DNA of 64,000 nt, from assembly GCA_008690995.1 (NCBI GenBank), contig VRMN01000015.1, positions 186,001 to 250,000 on the forward strand, written 5' to 3'. The DNA is from Porphyridium purpureum. Lineage: Eukaryota. Below are positions 47,559 through 59,300 of this stretch, piece by piece. Position numbers and translations under genes: made by a program. Under the pieces are notes generated by a model. That model was given only the letters and a program-made list of their open reading frames with translations. It made no database searches and was not told where the DNA came from. Within the stretch, counting starts at the first letter, position 1. The number at the start of each line of letters is the position of its first letter.

Positions 47559-48340
47559 ATGGCGTCCGGGACGAGATCTCAACGTGAGGGGCAAAGGCGC
47601 ACAGGTGGCGATGAGGCCGAAACGCAATTGAATCCTTGGGATAACATCAAGTCTGCGAACACGGACATGCAAGAATTGCTCGATCTCTGTAACGCGAGCA
47701 CAAACGACGAGATGGAGCTGATGATGGTAGATGCTGTTATGACCCTTAAAAGGCTCGAAACATTCGGTCTTGCGTGCCCGCTTGTGTGCCAAAAGTATTG
47801 TCGTGCGCGTGCACTACCAAACTTCGACGCAGGAACTAGAATCGAGAAGTCGTTCCAACTTTACTGTCCGGATGGAAAGCGTGAAGATACGGCTTTGAAG
47901 TTGGGCCACGATCACGCGGAAGTCAGCCCACGAACTGCCGATTCGAGCAATAGCAAGGTTTCCCAGTTCATTCGTCTCTTCCCCACCGAGCAGCAATTCG
48001 ACGGACACGAAACAGGCATTCCCTATTCCGCCTGGAGCCGTAAGGTGACGTATGTTATGAGGCTGTTAAATATTGATGGAAATACAGCGGCCAAAGCCTT
48101 GCCGTTGATCCTCAAAGGCTCAGCGGAATCGTTCTTATCAGCGAGCAAGCTGGGCAGGCTCCGGCCGCTACTCGACCTCCTGAAGAAAGAATTCGACGCC
48201 GAGGAAACGCGGATGATGCGTATGCTAGAGCTGCGAATGAAGAACTTTTCCGTCTATCAAAAGCGGGGAGTAGACATAATGTCTGCTTTTGCCGACCTCG
48301 TTGCAGACATGACCGACACGGCGACGCGAGTGGGCACCGT
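47559..48340 (+). mobile_element. Retrotransposon gag-like fragment
   Basis: QFDG..YSAWSRKV..AKALPLILKGSAESF..LDLLKKEF resembles a retrotransposon capsid. It is truncated and followed by LTR-like promoter sequence. Confidence 0.5.
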
Positions 48341-48414
48341 TCGACCCCAGTCACCTAGAACGGTTCGGTTAATCCGAAACCGGTAAGCCGTTCAACTGGT
48401 AGACCGTTTAACCG

Positions 48415-48529
48415 TTTCTAGAAGCTTCTAGAGGTTCCAGAACCTTCTAGACGTGCGCAGAATTGTCAATGATTTGCATTGTCATTTCTCTTGGTGCCTT
48501 GCTGTCCCTGGCGGCGATAAGAGTATAAA
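48415..48529 (+). promoter_or_regulatory. Tandem heat-shock-element-like arrays plus TATA box
   Basis: TTCtaGAAgcTTCtaGA and TTCcaGAAccTTCtaGA at 48416-48451; TATAAA at 48524-48529. Confidence 0.6.
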
Positions 48530-49424
48530 GAGGCGACAAGCCTGCTCGGACTAGCCGGTCAGGTCTTGCTCGGAGAGAGAAGAGGGAAGGATAGTAACAG
48601 TGAAGAGACCCACGGTAAAACACTCACATACACAGCTGAAAAAATTCGTGCTGGTGGTTTGGTGCGACGGGTCGCGGTTGTCGCTGCATAGCCACACACG
48701 TGCCACGGCGCCGGGGTCCGCCACTTTTCGACGGGCCTGTAGCAGGAGCAAGATCTGGTAGAAAGACATTCTTACGGTCGAGTAAAACGGAAAGCCTCTA
48801 TTCTGGTCACCTGCTCGTGTTTTCGCTGACATCATCGGCTTTGTCTACAAGCTTGGTCTTACCGCGGCGCCTACCTCTCCAGACACACAGGTGCGTAAGC
48901 ACAGCACTTCACCACTGCCACAGACACTACCATTTAGGCTTGAAGCAGAAAGATATAGATAGAGGAAATTGAGCGGTTGCTTTTTGTTGTCTGGTTGGTC
49001 TAGTCCATCCGCAGAAGACTTCATTTTTTGAAGAGTAGCAGTAAAGACGGCTGAGCTCCGCGTGGAAGACTGTGAAAGATTTTGTCTGTCACAAACGGAG
49101 CTTCCTTCATTACTTTCTCTCTCCTCCTCTACCTCTTCTCTTCTCCTTCCTAGCCTTTTTTCTTTGTTCAGCTGGTGCTGGCTCTGTTTAATACCCGCCT
49201 TCCGGCACCCAAACGGCTTGCATGGCGCGTTCAGCCCTCAGAATAACCCAATCCGATAACCCTCAAGATAACTCAGCTGTACATCGCAGTACACCTAACA
49301 ACTGTACGTTAAGTAAAGTACGCACAAATAAGATAGGACCCCGCCTACTTTCTTCCGACTTCATAGTCAATTCGATGGTTTTACTATGTAAGGTAGCCTT
49401 TTCCAACTTTGGTACAGTAAGACG

Positions 49425-49772
49425 CGTGATAGAGTCACAGAAATGAACGTGGGGGTCGAGGTCCAACACTGGTAAGGGGAGACAGCAAACCGAAATCCAC
49501 AGCCGAGAAGACAAGACCAAAAGGGTATCCACGAGTAACCTCCTTTAATCCGCGCCCTAATCTCCTCTGACTAAAAGCCAACTAAGCACGTCGACGGCGA
49601 CGCGAAAGGGTGCTGGTTGTATACCCGTGCGGCGCCATGGACGGCCGCCGTCGCCGCCCATATTGGTGCAGTGTGGGCACAGATTGAGGCTGCTGGCTGC
49701 TCACTCATCTGCAGCAGTACGACGGAACTGGACGCCCGCTCGATACTGGAGTACAGCTTGACCCCATTCACG
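49425..49772 (-). repeat. 3' LTR
   Basis: cgtgatagagtc...ccccattcacg; 9 substitutions versus 54845-55192 by my count. Confidence 0.95.
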
Positions 49773-49783
49773 CGCCCTCTCAA
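49773..49783 (-). other. Polypurine tract
   Basis: Minus strand TTGAGAGGGCG abuts the 3' LTR and resembles the Copia TTGAGGGGGAG tract. Confidence 0.75.
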
Positions 49784-49947
49784 GCTTAATCCATATCGAG
49801 CGCAGGCTAAAAGAGATTCATATCACAAGCCCCCAACAAGGGGGTATATAGCTAGGACTAGCCATACCATCATCATATCCATAACGGGTTGGTTTCACCA
49901 TACCCGAACAATCATAAGAGGGCGAATTGGTGCTCCGCCCTCACAAC

Positions 49948-52900
49948 CTAACACGACTCCGTGGCCGAAGGGGAAAGAAGGGATGACGAGAGGCCCCACG
50001 CGCACGCATGGCCGCGGAATACATCGGCGCTCACTGGCTTCGTGAGCGGGTCAGCCATATTGCCCCGTGTGGGCACGTGGTCAACGGTCACGAGTGCTTC
50101 ACGGTAAAGCTCGTGAAGCCAAGCCAGACAAAGTTTCTGGGTCTTGCTCGCATGGATCAGCCCTGGACTGAATCCCTTCATCACCGCGCCAAGCGCGGTC
50201 TCATTATCGCAGCGGATAGTGGCGCGCGGCCATCCCCGGCCCACATCCTCCAGGAAAAGTGCGATGGGAAACAGCGCGTTTTGCACTGCGCCATGGAGCG
50301 CCACCAGCTCTGCTTCGGCTGTCGAGGTCGCAACGCGCCTCTGACGTCTACTGGACCACTCGACAAGGTGAAGGGTATCACCGGACACCAAGAATAAAGC
50401 AGTACCGCTGGTTGAGCGACCGGGATCCAAATCGGAATCCACATAACAATGGATCATTATCTGAGCATTCTCCGCTTGCGGCACCGGATAGCGCAAGCGC
50501 ACATCTGCGTGTTTGTACAAGTACGCGAGGACCTCGCTGAGTGCGCGATCTGCATCAGCCGACCAGCGATCTGTGTGACGCGCAATCATTGCCACTGCGT
50601 GTGCGACATCGGGGCGGGTGGTCCTGGCGAGCCACATGAGCTTGCCCAGGCATGAGCGCACCTCAGACGAGCAAGAATTTGCTTCTTCGCTCGTCTCGAC
50701 TCGGGATGAAAGTGGTGTTGCCCTTGCGCGCCCACCTTTGTGGGCCGCAGTGATGTACCTGGCAAATTCGCAGCTATCAAAAATCCACGCGCCCTCCTCG
50801 CGGTACACATTCACGCCGAGGTAGCGGATTGGTTTTGCGCGCGTGCTTTCCGAGATGAGCTGCGCGCTCTTAGTGATGTTGAACATTCTTACTAGCTCAC
50901 GCATTGCCTCGCTCACCGAGTGTGTAGTGCCAAGGATGGCACCATCGTCCACGTAAAGGACGAGCAAAGTAAGCACGCCATTTCGTCTGCGCCAGTAAAT
51001 GTTCTTGTCCGAAGCCGACTCTTTCCAGTGTGCGGCACATAACTTTTCGCGAGCATAAGCCGAATAATCGAATCCCGCTCTGGGCAATCCGTAAAGTGCC
51101 ATCGGTATTGGCACGACGGGGTTTGGAATCGAAGAAATTTTCCGCATATCAGCTCGCGGCAACACAGAATCCAAGAACGGCATCAAGGATTTGAAGTACG
51201 CAAAGGTCGGACTTCCGAGTAACGGTGCATGTACATATGCAGCATCGACGTCAAAGAACATCGCATCTGCGGCCTCACCATGAGTATGGAGCGCAATCGA
51301 CACCGCAGCACGAATGCTCGAAAGGCCCGGAGGCCGGTCAAACTGCGGCACTTCGGGCGGGGCGCGCCGGCCTGTTGCATCAGTGATGTGGCACCCTTGT
51401 GCCACAACGCGGCACTTCAGCGCGCGATGCTCGGGAGGCATCTCACTGTTCTTAATAGCCATGATTGGCTTCAAGTTCACAAAGCGTGCTTGCTTTGCGC
51501 GTGCAGCCTCGTGCTTGCTGACCACCTTATGAAACGGCAGAGCGCCGCTTCCTATAAGTGTCTGCATCTCCTTCTGAAACGCAATGCGGCCTGGCTTTGT
51601 GTGCGCGTGATTGGCAAATGCCACGATCTCAGCTACACCAAGTTCTACAACGTCACCGCTGCAGCTTGCGGTGCGCCCATGTTGAGCGCCATGCCCTTCC
51701 TCCGTCGGCTCCTGCTGCGCCAGCTGCGCCACGCCTAACACCATCTGCATAGCGCGCGTGTTCCCGGTCTTGATGCCGCGCCGATGCTCTTTGAGACCCA
51801 TGGCGCGCTCGCCGAGTAGGCCCATGGCTGCCGCATGAGATCGCAAATCCTTGCTTCCAATGCCGCGCAGTGGCTCACCTCCGCTTTCACCGATCAAGGA
51901 CCAATTAGGCCCGTGCTTTTCGCATCCTGCGCTGAGCGCGTTGTTCATATCTGCGCTCCAGACGCGGCGTTCCTTCTTCCTCTGCGGCGGCGAAACAAGA
52001 ACAACCTCGTTGTCTTCTTGCTGGGCTTCAGCGCTTTTATCACCGGGCAGACTTGACTGAGTATGCTCCGATGATCTATCGCCCTCGGATTCGTGCATGC
52101 TGTCCCGCTCCGGCATTACCCGAGCCATTACACCCTCTTCAGATGGGCGCTCCTTCTTGGGAAATTCGTTTGCTGATAAAGACCACTCTCTTACCCACCT
52201 CGCCGTTGTGGGCCGGAGGTCGGCGTAGGGTGCGGCAAGAAGGTTAAGGGGTGTTCGCGTTGTTGTTGGGGTTGGCATGCGTATGCCGATGACGAGTGCC
52301 AATGTGCCCGGTGAATCGTACTTTGTGTGCTCGGGCGCCAAGACGTACACGCCGCAGCCGAACGGCGGAAGCTCACGGTTCCAAGCGAACCCGTAGCGAG
52401 CCTCATACGGCGTCTTGCCGTCAGCGCCCTCCCACTTGACGTTGCGGGCAGCTGCCCAGTACTGAGCCACAAATGCGAACCACGGCGAATCGAGTCCGGC
52501 GGCGGCAATGCGTGAACGCCCGCGTTCAAGTCACGATGCATTCTTTCGTGGATGGCATGCGTATTGGGACGGTGTGGGAGCATGATTTCGTGGGCTACCA
52601 GGTTACCTTTCAGGGCTGTCTCGAAAGCGCCTTGAAACTCTCCTCCATCATCGGTCTTGACAAGACGCGGCCAGCCGCGTCCGCGCTGTATCTCGATCAG
52701 CGCCATCAACGTGCTCTCAGATGTTTTGTTCGCAAGCGGCGCGACTACCAACCAAGCGGTTGCCGCATCACGGTGGGTCATAAGCCAACGTGTTCCACAT
52801 ATGCCCGTCTCGGTTGGATCAACTAAGTCGACCGATACAACATCGTTAAATCCCTCGAATTGGGAATTTTCCTTCTTACGCGGCGCGCGAAGTACTTTCA

Positions 52901-54536
52901 ACTTCGCCGCCTGACAGGCATCACAACTTGCTTTGGCGGGCATGTGCAGCACTCCGTGCTCATCTTCTGGCACCTCTTCGTTAGCGCGCGGTGCGTGCGC
53001 CTTATGCCCGCTTGCGACGGCACACTCAAATGGTTTCTCCGGCTCATCTGCCGGTGCTTCAATTGCGGCAGCTGGCCCAGGAATACTTTTCCCAGCAACT
53101 TGAATTTTCAATTCATGTGCATGTAGCCAGTCCAAGCCGAGAATTAACTCATGATGCCCTTGATGCACCCACGCATTTGTGCTCTCATCAGTCGCGCCGG
53201 GCGCGACGAGCAGGAATGAGGCTTTGCCATGAATTGGCTCACTGCGCCCATCGGCCAATCGGATGCGTGGCCCGTTCGCTCCGCACTTCGTGTACGGCAC
53301 TCACAAGCGGCGACACAAAGCTTGCGAGATGAAGGTTGCGGTGGCGCCAGTATCAACAATGGCCCGAGCCTTGTGCCCGTTGACGAATACTGGCAGTCGA
53401 ATTAGATCCGAAGCGCCGCTGACGGCGCTGGTTCCAATCTCGTACTCGGCCACACCCAGCTCTTGCGTGCAATCTGCGGCCCAGTGGCCGCGTCTTCCGC
53501 AGTTGCGATAAGTATCAGCACCGAGATGATTGCCTATTGGCGGCCCACGGTTTCCCTTTGATTGCGCCTTCGGCACGTTCTTGCCTTTGTTGTTTCGTCG
53601 GCCATACCTCCGACGCGGCCCTTCAGCCGTCCCAAGATCCATCGGCGCGATGCCATCGTTGGAGAAGGCGGACGCGTGGACGCTCTGCCGATACACGGCA
53701 TCAATTGCCAGTGCCGCTCGGAGTGCCTCATGGTAGTCGGCGGGCTGCTTCAACAGCACTTGCACTTAGATCTTTGCCTGCAAACCGCGCACGAAGCGAT
53801 CGAGACGTTCCGGATCGCTGACGGACGGAAGGCGAAGTAGGCAATTACCGAAATCGTTTGCGTACTCATGCACGCTTCGATTGCGGTGCACGTAGGCAGC
53901 GAGTCGGTCACGAGCGATCTGACTTCAAGCAATGGGTTCAAATTCCCTCTTAAAGACGCCAATGAAGCGGTCGAACCTGATCGGTTTCGGTTCCAGCACG
54001 GACCACCATAGCCTCGCGGCTCCGTGAAAGAAAGATGCGGCTACACGCACACATTTCAGCTCCGCGTCGTCATCCCATGTACGACCGGCAAGCTGGTATT
54101 CCTCTCTCAACTGTGAGAAGATGCGATCGTTCGCGGCGTCGCACCACGACGCGACCACAAGTGCGTCGCGTTCTCCGAGGAAAGCGGGCATGGGAGCGTG
54201 CTTGACTTGAGACGTCGCGTCAACGCGCGAGTATGCGTCATTGCGCACGCGGTGCAATTCAGCGGCGAGCGCTGCGCGCTCTTCCTGCACCTGTCCAATG
54301 AGTTCCTCGCGCATGCGCGAAAACTCTTGAGACATGGCCTGTCGCATGAGCTCAATATCGCTCTGCGCGGCAGCCATCGTCGGCTGATGATGCTGCTGTG
54401 CAGCTGCCTGCGCAGCCAGCTCGGCCTGCATGGCCTGCATGGCCTGCATGGCCTGCATGGCCTGCTGCTGCTGGCGAGCTAGCGCCGCGTTGCGCTCTTG
54501 CTCCAGCCGGGTGGGGGTCCTATGACCTGACTCCAT
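49948..54536 (-). pseudogene. gag-pol polyprotein with three in-frame stops (53925, 53766, 53301) and one frameshift (~52508)
   Basis: Gag AASFFHGAARLWW..FKREFEP; knuckle (Y)RNCGRRGHWAADC; PR AIVDTGATATFIS..LILGLDWL; INT H..LHMP..SCDAC, VSVDLV, KTDDGGEF, HERMHR; RT KCRVVAQG, DVDAAY, ALYGL, LYVDD; RH YVDSD, STAEAE, CDNE, NMADPLTK. Confidence 0.93.
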
Positions 54537-54830
54537 GTGGGAGTAACTTCTGCTTTGTGCCTACTACACGAGCCTACGTGCGATCGTTCCTTTGCAACGA
54601 GCCTCTCGTTCTAATTGCACGCTACAAGCCTCTTGCTCGTACGTCTGTTTGTGCGCGCCGTGCCTTCTTGCACGCGTCACTCAACGATCACCGGTGCGGC
54701 GAGCTCCTCGCTCGAGCCGTCTTTGCGCAACTGTCGCGTTCGCGCTGTGCCTCGCACACGCCGTCGCTGTTGTTCGCTTCACGCCGTGCCCTTGCACGCG
54801 TTACTTTGTTGCAGCTGTGTTGTTAGCGAC

Positions 54831-54844
54831 CTAGGCTCATAACC
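54831..54844 (-). other. Primer-binding site complementary to the initiator tRNA-Met anticodon arm (half-tRNA type)
   Basis: Minus strand GGTTATGAGCCTAG immediately follows the 5' LTR, as in copia/Ty5-type elements. Confidence 0.85.
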
Positions 54845-55192
54845 CGTGATAGAGTCACAGAAATGAACGTGGGGGACGAGGTCCAACACTGGTAAGGGGA
54901 GACAGCAAACCGAAATCCACTGCCGAGAAGACAAGACCAAAAGGGTATCCACGAGTAACCTCCTTTAATCCGCGCCCTAATCTCCTCTGACTAAAAGCCA
55001 ACTAAGCACGTCGGCGGCGACGCGAAAGGGTGCTGGTTATACACCCGTGCGGCGACATGGACGGCCGCCGTCGCCGCCCATATTGGTGCAGTGTGGGCAC
55101 AGATTGAGGCTGCTGGCTGCTCACTCATCTGCAGCAGTACGACGGAACTGAACGCCCGTTCGATACTGGAGTACAGCTTGACCCCCTTCACG
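54845..55192 (-). repeat. 5' LTR
   Basis: cgtgatagagtc...cccccttcacg, same length as the other LTR. Confidence 0.95.
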
Positions 55193-55315
55193 AGAAGCGC
55201 GCGCAAAAAGGTTAGGACCATGGAAGAAGATCGGCGAAAATCCGGAGCTGGGCGTGGACAGGTAGCACAGAGTTTGACTCCAGTGCAAGCGCATTGTCGG
55301 CACAGCCGCTCAGCT

Positions 55316-56330
55316 ACCATTGGGCGCAAAAACGGGCTTTCGGAGCGCGAAAAAGGGTCCATTTTGGCCGTGAAGGCAGCCGGTGACAGTCTGCACGCAA
55401 TATCGGGCAAGGTAAAGCGCTCCCGCAACGTCATTCGCCGCTATTTGGCAGATCTTGATGCCTACGGCTTGAACTACGTTTCGGACAACTCATTGAAGCT
55501 CATGCCGGCCGTTGTCAAGAGAATCACAAATGTTGCAAGGTCGAGACAGTTTTCTACATCACGCCAGATGGCGAAGAATCTGCGCCTGCGCGGGGCAAAG
55601 AACATCGAATCGTTGGCATAAATCCGGAAAGCCACGCATCAGGAGTTTGCCTTCCGCCGGATGCCAAAGAATCCGCCTTTGGCAGTGGAACGTAAGCGCA
55701 AAAGATTGGACTGGGCCAGAGCGCATATGGCGTTTGGCGAGAAGTGGAAGAAAGGTGTCTCTACGGACGAAAAGAAGTTCAATCTGGACGGCCTGGATGG
55801 ATTCCATGCCACATGGATGGATAAGACGAAAGTCCCTTTTGCTTGCTGGTCTCGTCATAGTGGTGGTGGGAGCCTCATGGTTTGGGGTGCAATTTCAAGC
55901 CGTGGAAAACTGTGCCTTCACTTTGTTGAAGGCACGGTGACTGCTGACAAGCACGTGCGCACGCCGCAGGACAAAGAGCTCTCTCCGAAATGCCGAGCTG
56001 CTCTGGGCAATGACTTCATTTGGATGCATGACAACTTGAAGCCACACACTGCAAACTTGAAAGCAAACATTTTCCGAGCGCAGAACGTTAATCTTATTCA
56101 GTGGCCTGCGTACTCACCAGACTGAAACATCATTGAGAATGTCTGGGGCATTCTTGCTCGGAAGGTTTTCGAGGGTGGAAGACAATATACGACCGTGAAC
56201 GGACTGAGGAGCGCTGTTCTTGCTGCATGATACACCATCGAGCAGGCTACCATTGACAACCTGTATTTGTCTGTAGACGATCACGTGTGGGAATGTGCGC
56301 GCCGCGATGGTGGATATGTGCAGGGTAATC
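55316..56330 (+). pseudogene. Tc3-like transposase, disrupted
   Basis: HTH GRKNGLSEREKGSI..KVKRSRNVIRRYL; RLDWAR; STDEKKFNLDG; GGGSLMVWGAIS; HDN..PH..WPAYSPD*NIIENVW (D34E spacing). Frameshift at ~55600 and stops at 56123 and ~56228. Confidence 0.92.
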
Positions 56331-59300
56331 CGAGTCAGTTTCGCTTTCGTCTTGCTTCGTAATTGCTCGGGCAAAGTGTGGATTCCTATCCTTTTCGACC
56401 CCCTGTTTGGTCACTTTCCCTCTCCCTTCTTCCGTACCTTGTCCTTTTCATAGTAAAAAACTGTCTTTTTCATATGAATTTCTAAAATTGATTAAAATAT
56501 GGTGGGGGGTTCTATCCATTCTGGTCGCACTTTACACTCAGTAACTGTACCTGTCCATACTCGCTTTACTGAGGCCTGCATCAGGTCGCACGCGACAAAA
56601 GAAGAGAAAGAGAGCAGGGAGAGACGGATGAGTTGAATGAAAGAGGACGAAAGAAGCCCGGTTTGTGCCAGACACAAACCACGATCGTGGATAATTTTGA
56701 TTCCTAGCCCGCGTTTGAAGCGCTTGTCGGGTTCAGACCGCCTGTGAACGCGACATTCGCTATTTTACATGTAGAAGAAGATTTGCTCGCAAGCCAAAGG
56801 GACAAGGTACGGAAGACGTCATCGACGACGTCGTCGATCGTGCCAAGATCATGCAGCTCACGGAAGGACTCGTCTGATTCACCGAATGAAGCGCCCACGC
56901 AATCGCTCGAATTCTCGTCACTTCGCCGAAAATCTTGGAGTCCACGTACACGCGTGCGTACGTGTGTGCGTGCAAGCGTGCGTTCGTTTGTGCGTGCATG
57001 TTTGTGTATCTTCAGCATGCGGCGTTCGGATTCTTGACATGAAGCGCCAAAATATGGGCTTTCGTTGTGTTTTGTAAGCTTTGGTGTGCGTATCAAACAA
57101 ACAGAGCGGACACGCAAGCAGTGCGACTGAAACGGATAGGTCAGAATCAGCGTTTGCGTGAAGTCATGAGAGCCGGGAACCGAAATGATGTGCGCGAGAC
57201 GGCCATTGCCGAAAACGTACAGAAATCTGAAACCAAAACCGCTGAAGGTCCTATACCAAGCAAAAACGCCTCGCGCGCTTCGTCTTATGATCGACTTTCT
57301 TTCCTGTACCTCTAAATTAGAAGCGCTGCCTCCTGCTGCGCCACAACAAGTCATCAGGACAGCAAGTGAACGGCCCGGGGTGCGTTTGAGCCGATCCTTA
57401 CAAATGGCTTCCATTGTGACAAAACACCCGATTTTGTTTGCTGATGAACGTGGCGCCGCACATCGTACTTTCGTAAGGGGTTGCGCTCGTGGCGTCCGCT
57501 TGCGGGCCCATAACATTCCATGTCCGCCACAGAATATCTTTGCGCGTTTGACTGGGAAAGCGTGGCGACTTCCTGACATGGACCAATGCCCCTAAAGGTC
57601 CTTGCGCCTGCGGCCCTTTAATTGTGAGCAACTGACTCCCGTGCCTCCTGTATCGTGATCTTTTCAAAATCTTATCAGACACTATGAAGAAATCGCTGTG
57701 CGCATCGACAACGAGGCCACCAGCGCGTCTGTCCCTGTCATCAGGACGCCTTGACCCGTTGGGCCGGATAACGACATGCAAAGGGGACGACAGGATTGCT
57801 CCACGGGAACGATGCGGAAGGGGGCATGACCCCTCACTTCCACGCGGGCGACGCCGTAACATGGCTATGCCCTCTCATTTGCAACGATGAGCTTTGTGGC
57901 GGCTCTATGTATTGGGCAGCCGTCGTGTACTCAGTAACGCGACTCCGCAAGTAAATAGGTCCAAGCAAGTTGTTTCCAAGTTGAGGGAAAGGATGAACTG
58001 CGACAGTTTCCTTGACACCACGGCGGCTTCCTTATAAAGGGCACAAGCGGCAATTTTCGAACCGCTTCATTATTTGGCCGAAATTGTTACCTCATATCAC
58101 GTTTACAACAATTGGCAGAGGATTCGTGATTCAGACTGGGTGAGAGACATTACGTGGTTACTAATTTAAATAGCAGATCAATGTTCATGGCAGAATGCCG
58201 AGTCCATCGCCAATTGTGAGAACCTGTAGTCTAAAACCCTGAAGGGCAAGACAGGTAAGTGTACTTGAGACAGAAGGACCCTTTCAAAGCCTTTGCAAGC
58301 CATGTGGAGACGCAAGATTCAGGTTTCAGAATTGTTACTGGCATCGTAAGTTTCTAGAGATGCCTGCTTTAGTCGCGTGTGAGTCAATTAAAACTAAACT
58401 ACACGGATTAAAACTGAAAAAGCCAAAACATCGAATAACAAAATTAGCAAACTTTGAGCTACTTTACCGCCGCATTGAAGTCTATGTAACGATCCACCCC
58501 TTTTGTCCACCTGCAGCTTTTTTCTAATCGCCTCTTTAATCTTTTTGTTACAGTCTAAAGTCTATTCTAATGGGCACTGTACCACTCGGTACAGTGCATC
58601 GGCCCCCAAAATAACTGGGCGGTCCGGTTAGCTTTAGGGTCTAGTTGTAGGGTATTTAAGCTCTGCCGCTTCACGGCGGGGATTGGAGAAAGAGAGCGAG
58701 AGACAGAAGAGGAGAGAGAGTAAAAGACGTTGGTTTTGAACGCTTGGGGTCTGGGACACGAGCGGACGATTGGGGTAACCCAAATCGTGGCATCTAGGCT
58801 GTACCACTCGCTCGCTGCGCAAAGTCAATCAAACGGTTGACGATAGTCATGAGGCTAGTGAATCTGACGAATCAATACAGCTGAAGTGCATTCCGTCCGC
58901 CTCATAGCTTTAATCGCAATGTGAATAGGTTTGCGCAGGCCAGACCATATTGAGTGGGACACAGACGGCAAGGTATGCATTTACTGATGCCAAAAAGGTG
59001 AATGTCGACGGGCAAGATGGTTTCCACAGAACAGGGCCCGAGCTTGAAAGAGACGTTGAAGTCCTCGCGACACTCCGACGGTAGCACATGTTCAACTGGG
59101 GCGCCGTCTTCGCGAAAGCAAAGGCTTGCCGTGATCTCATGAACTGGACGTTAGCGGTTCAAATGTATTCTTCTTTGGTTCATCATGATGGTGTGCGAGT
59201 TTGATTTTGTTTATGTTTAGCTGAGACACGATGCAAATGATTGCACACCAGTCTTCTGCTAAGGCACTTCATATGCCATAGAGAAATTGAATTTCCAGAC

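Larger units (their letters stand above)
49425..55192 (-). mobile_element. Full-length LTR retrotransposon with Copia domain order (gag-PR-INT-RT-RH)
   Basis: 348-bp direct LTRs, PBS, PPT, all pol domains, and an imperfect 5-bp TSD agacg/agaag. Confidence 0.95.
49316..56532 (+). mobile_element. Tc1/Tc3-like DD34E DNA transposon, interrupted in its left TIR by the LTR element
   Basis: Left end TA|aagtacgcacaaataagataggacccc versus reverse complement of the right end TA|aagtgcgaccagaatggatagaacccc. Internal TIR blocks ttttactatg / catagtaaaa and aaaaggttagga / tcctatcctttt. TA on both flanks. Confidence 0.75.

Noticed and set aside
49075..49110. Short inverted similarity to 56650-56680 suggesting an outer foldback element
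   Set aside because: Only ~25 bp of imperfect match next to low-complexity purine tracts, and it does not extend to the Tc1 boundaries.
53301..53927. In-frame stops in gag/protease as programmed readthrough or a variant genetic code
   Set aside because: The three stops are of two types and fall mid-domain, there is also a frameshift in integrase, and host genes use these codons as normal stops. Mutational decay is the simpler explanation.
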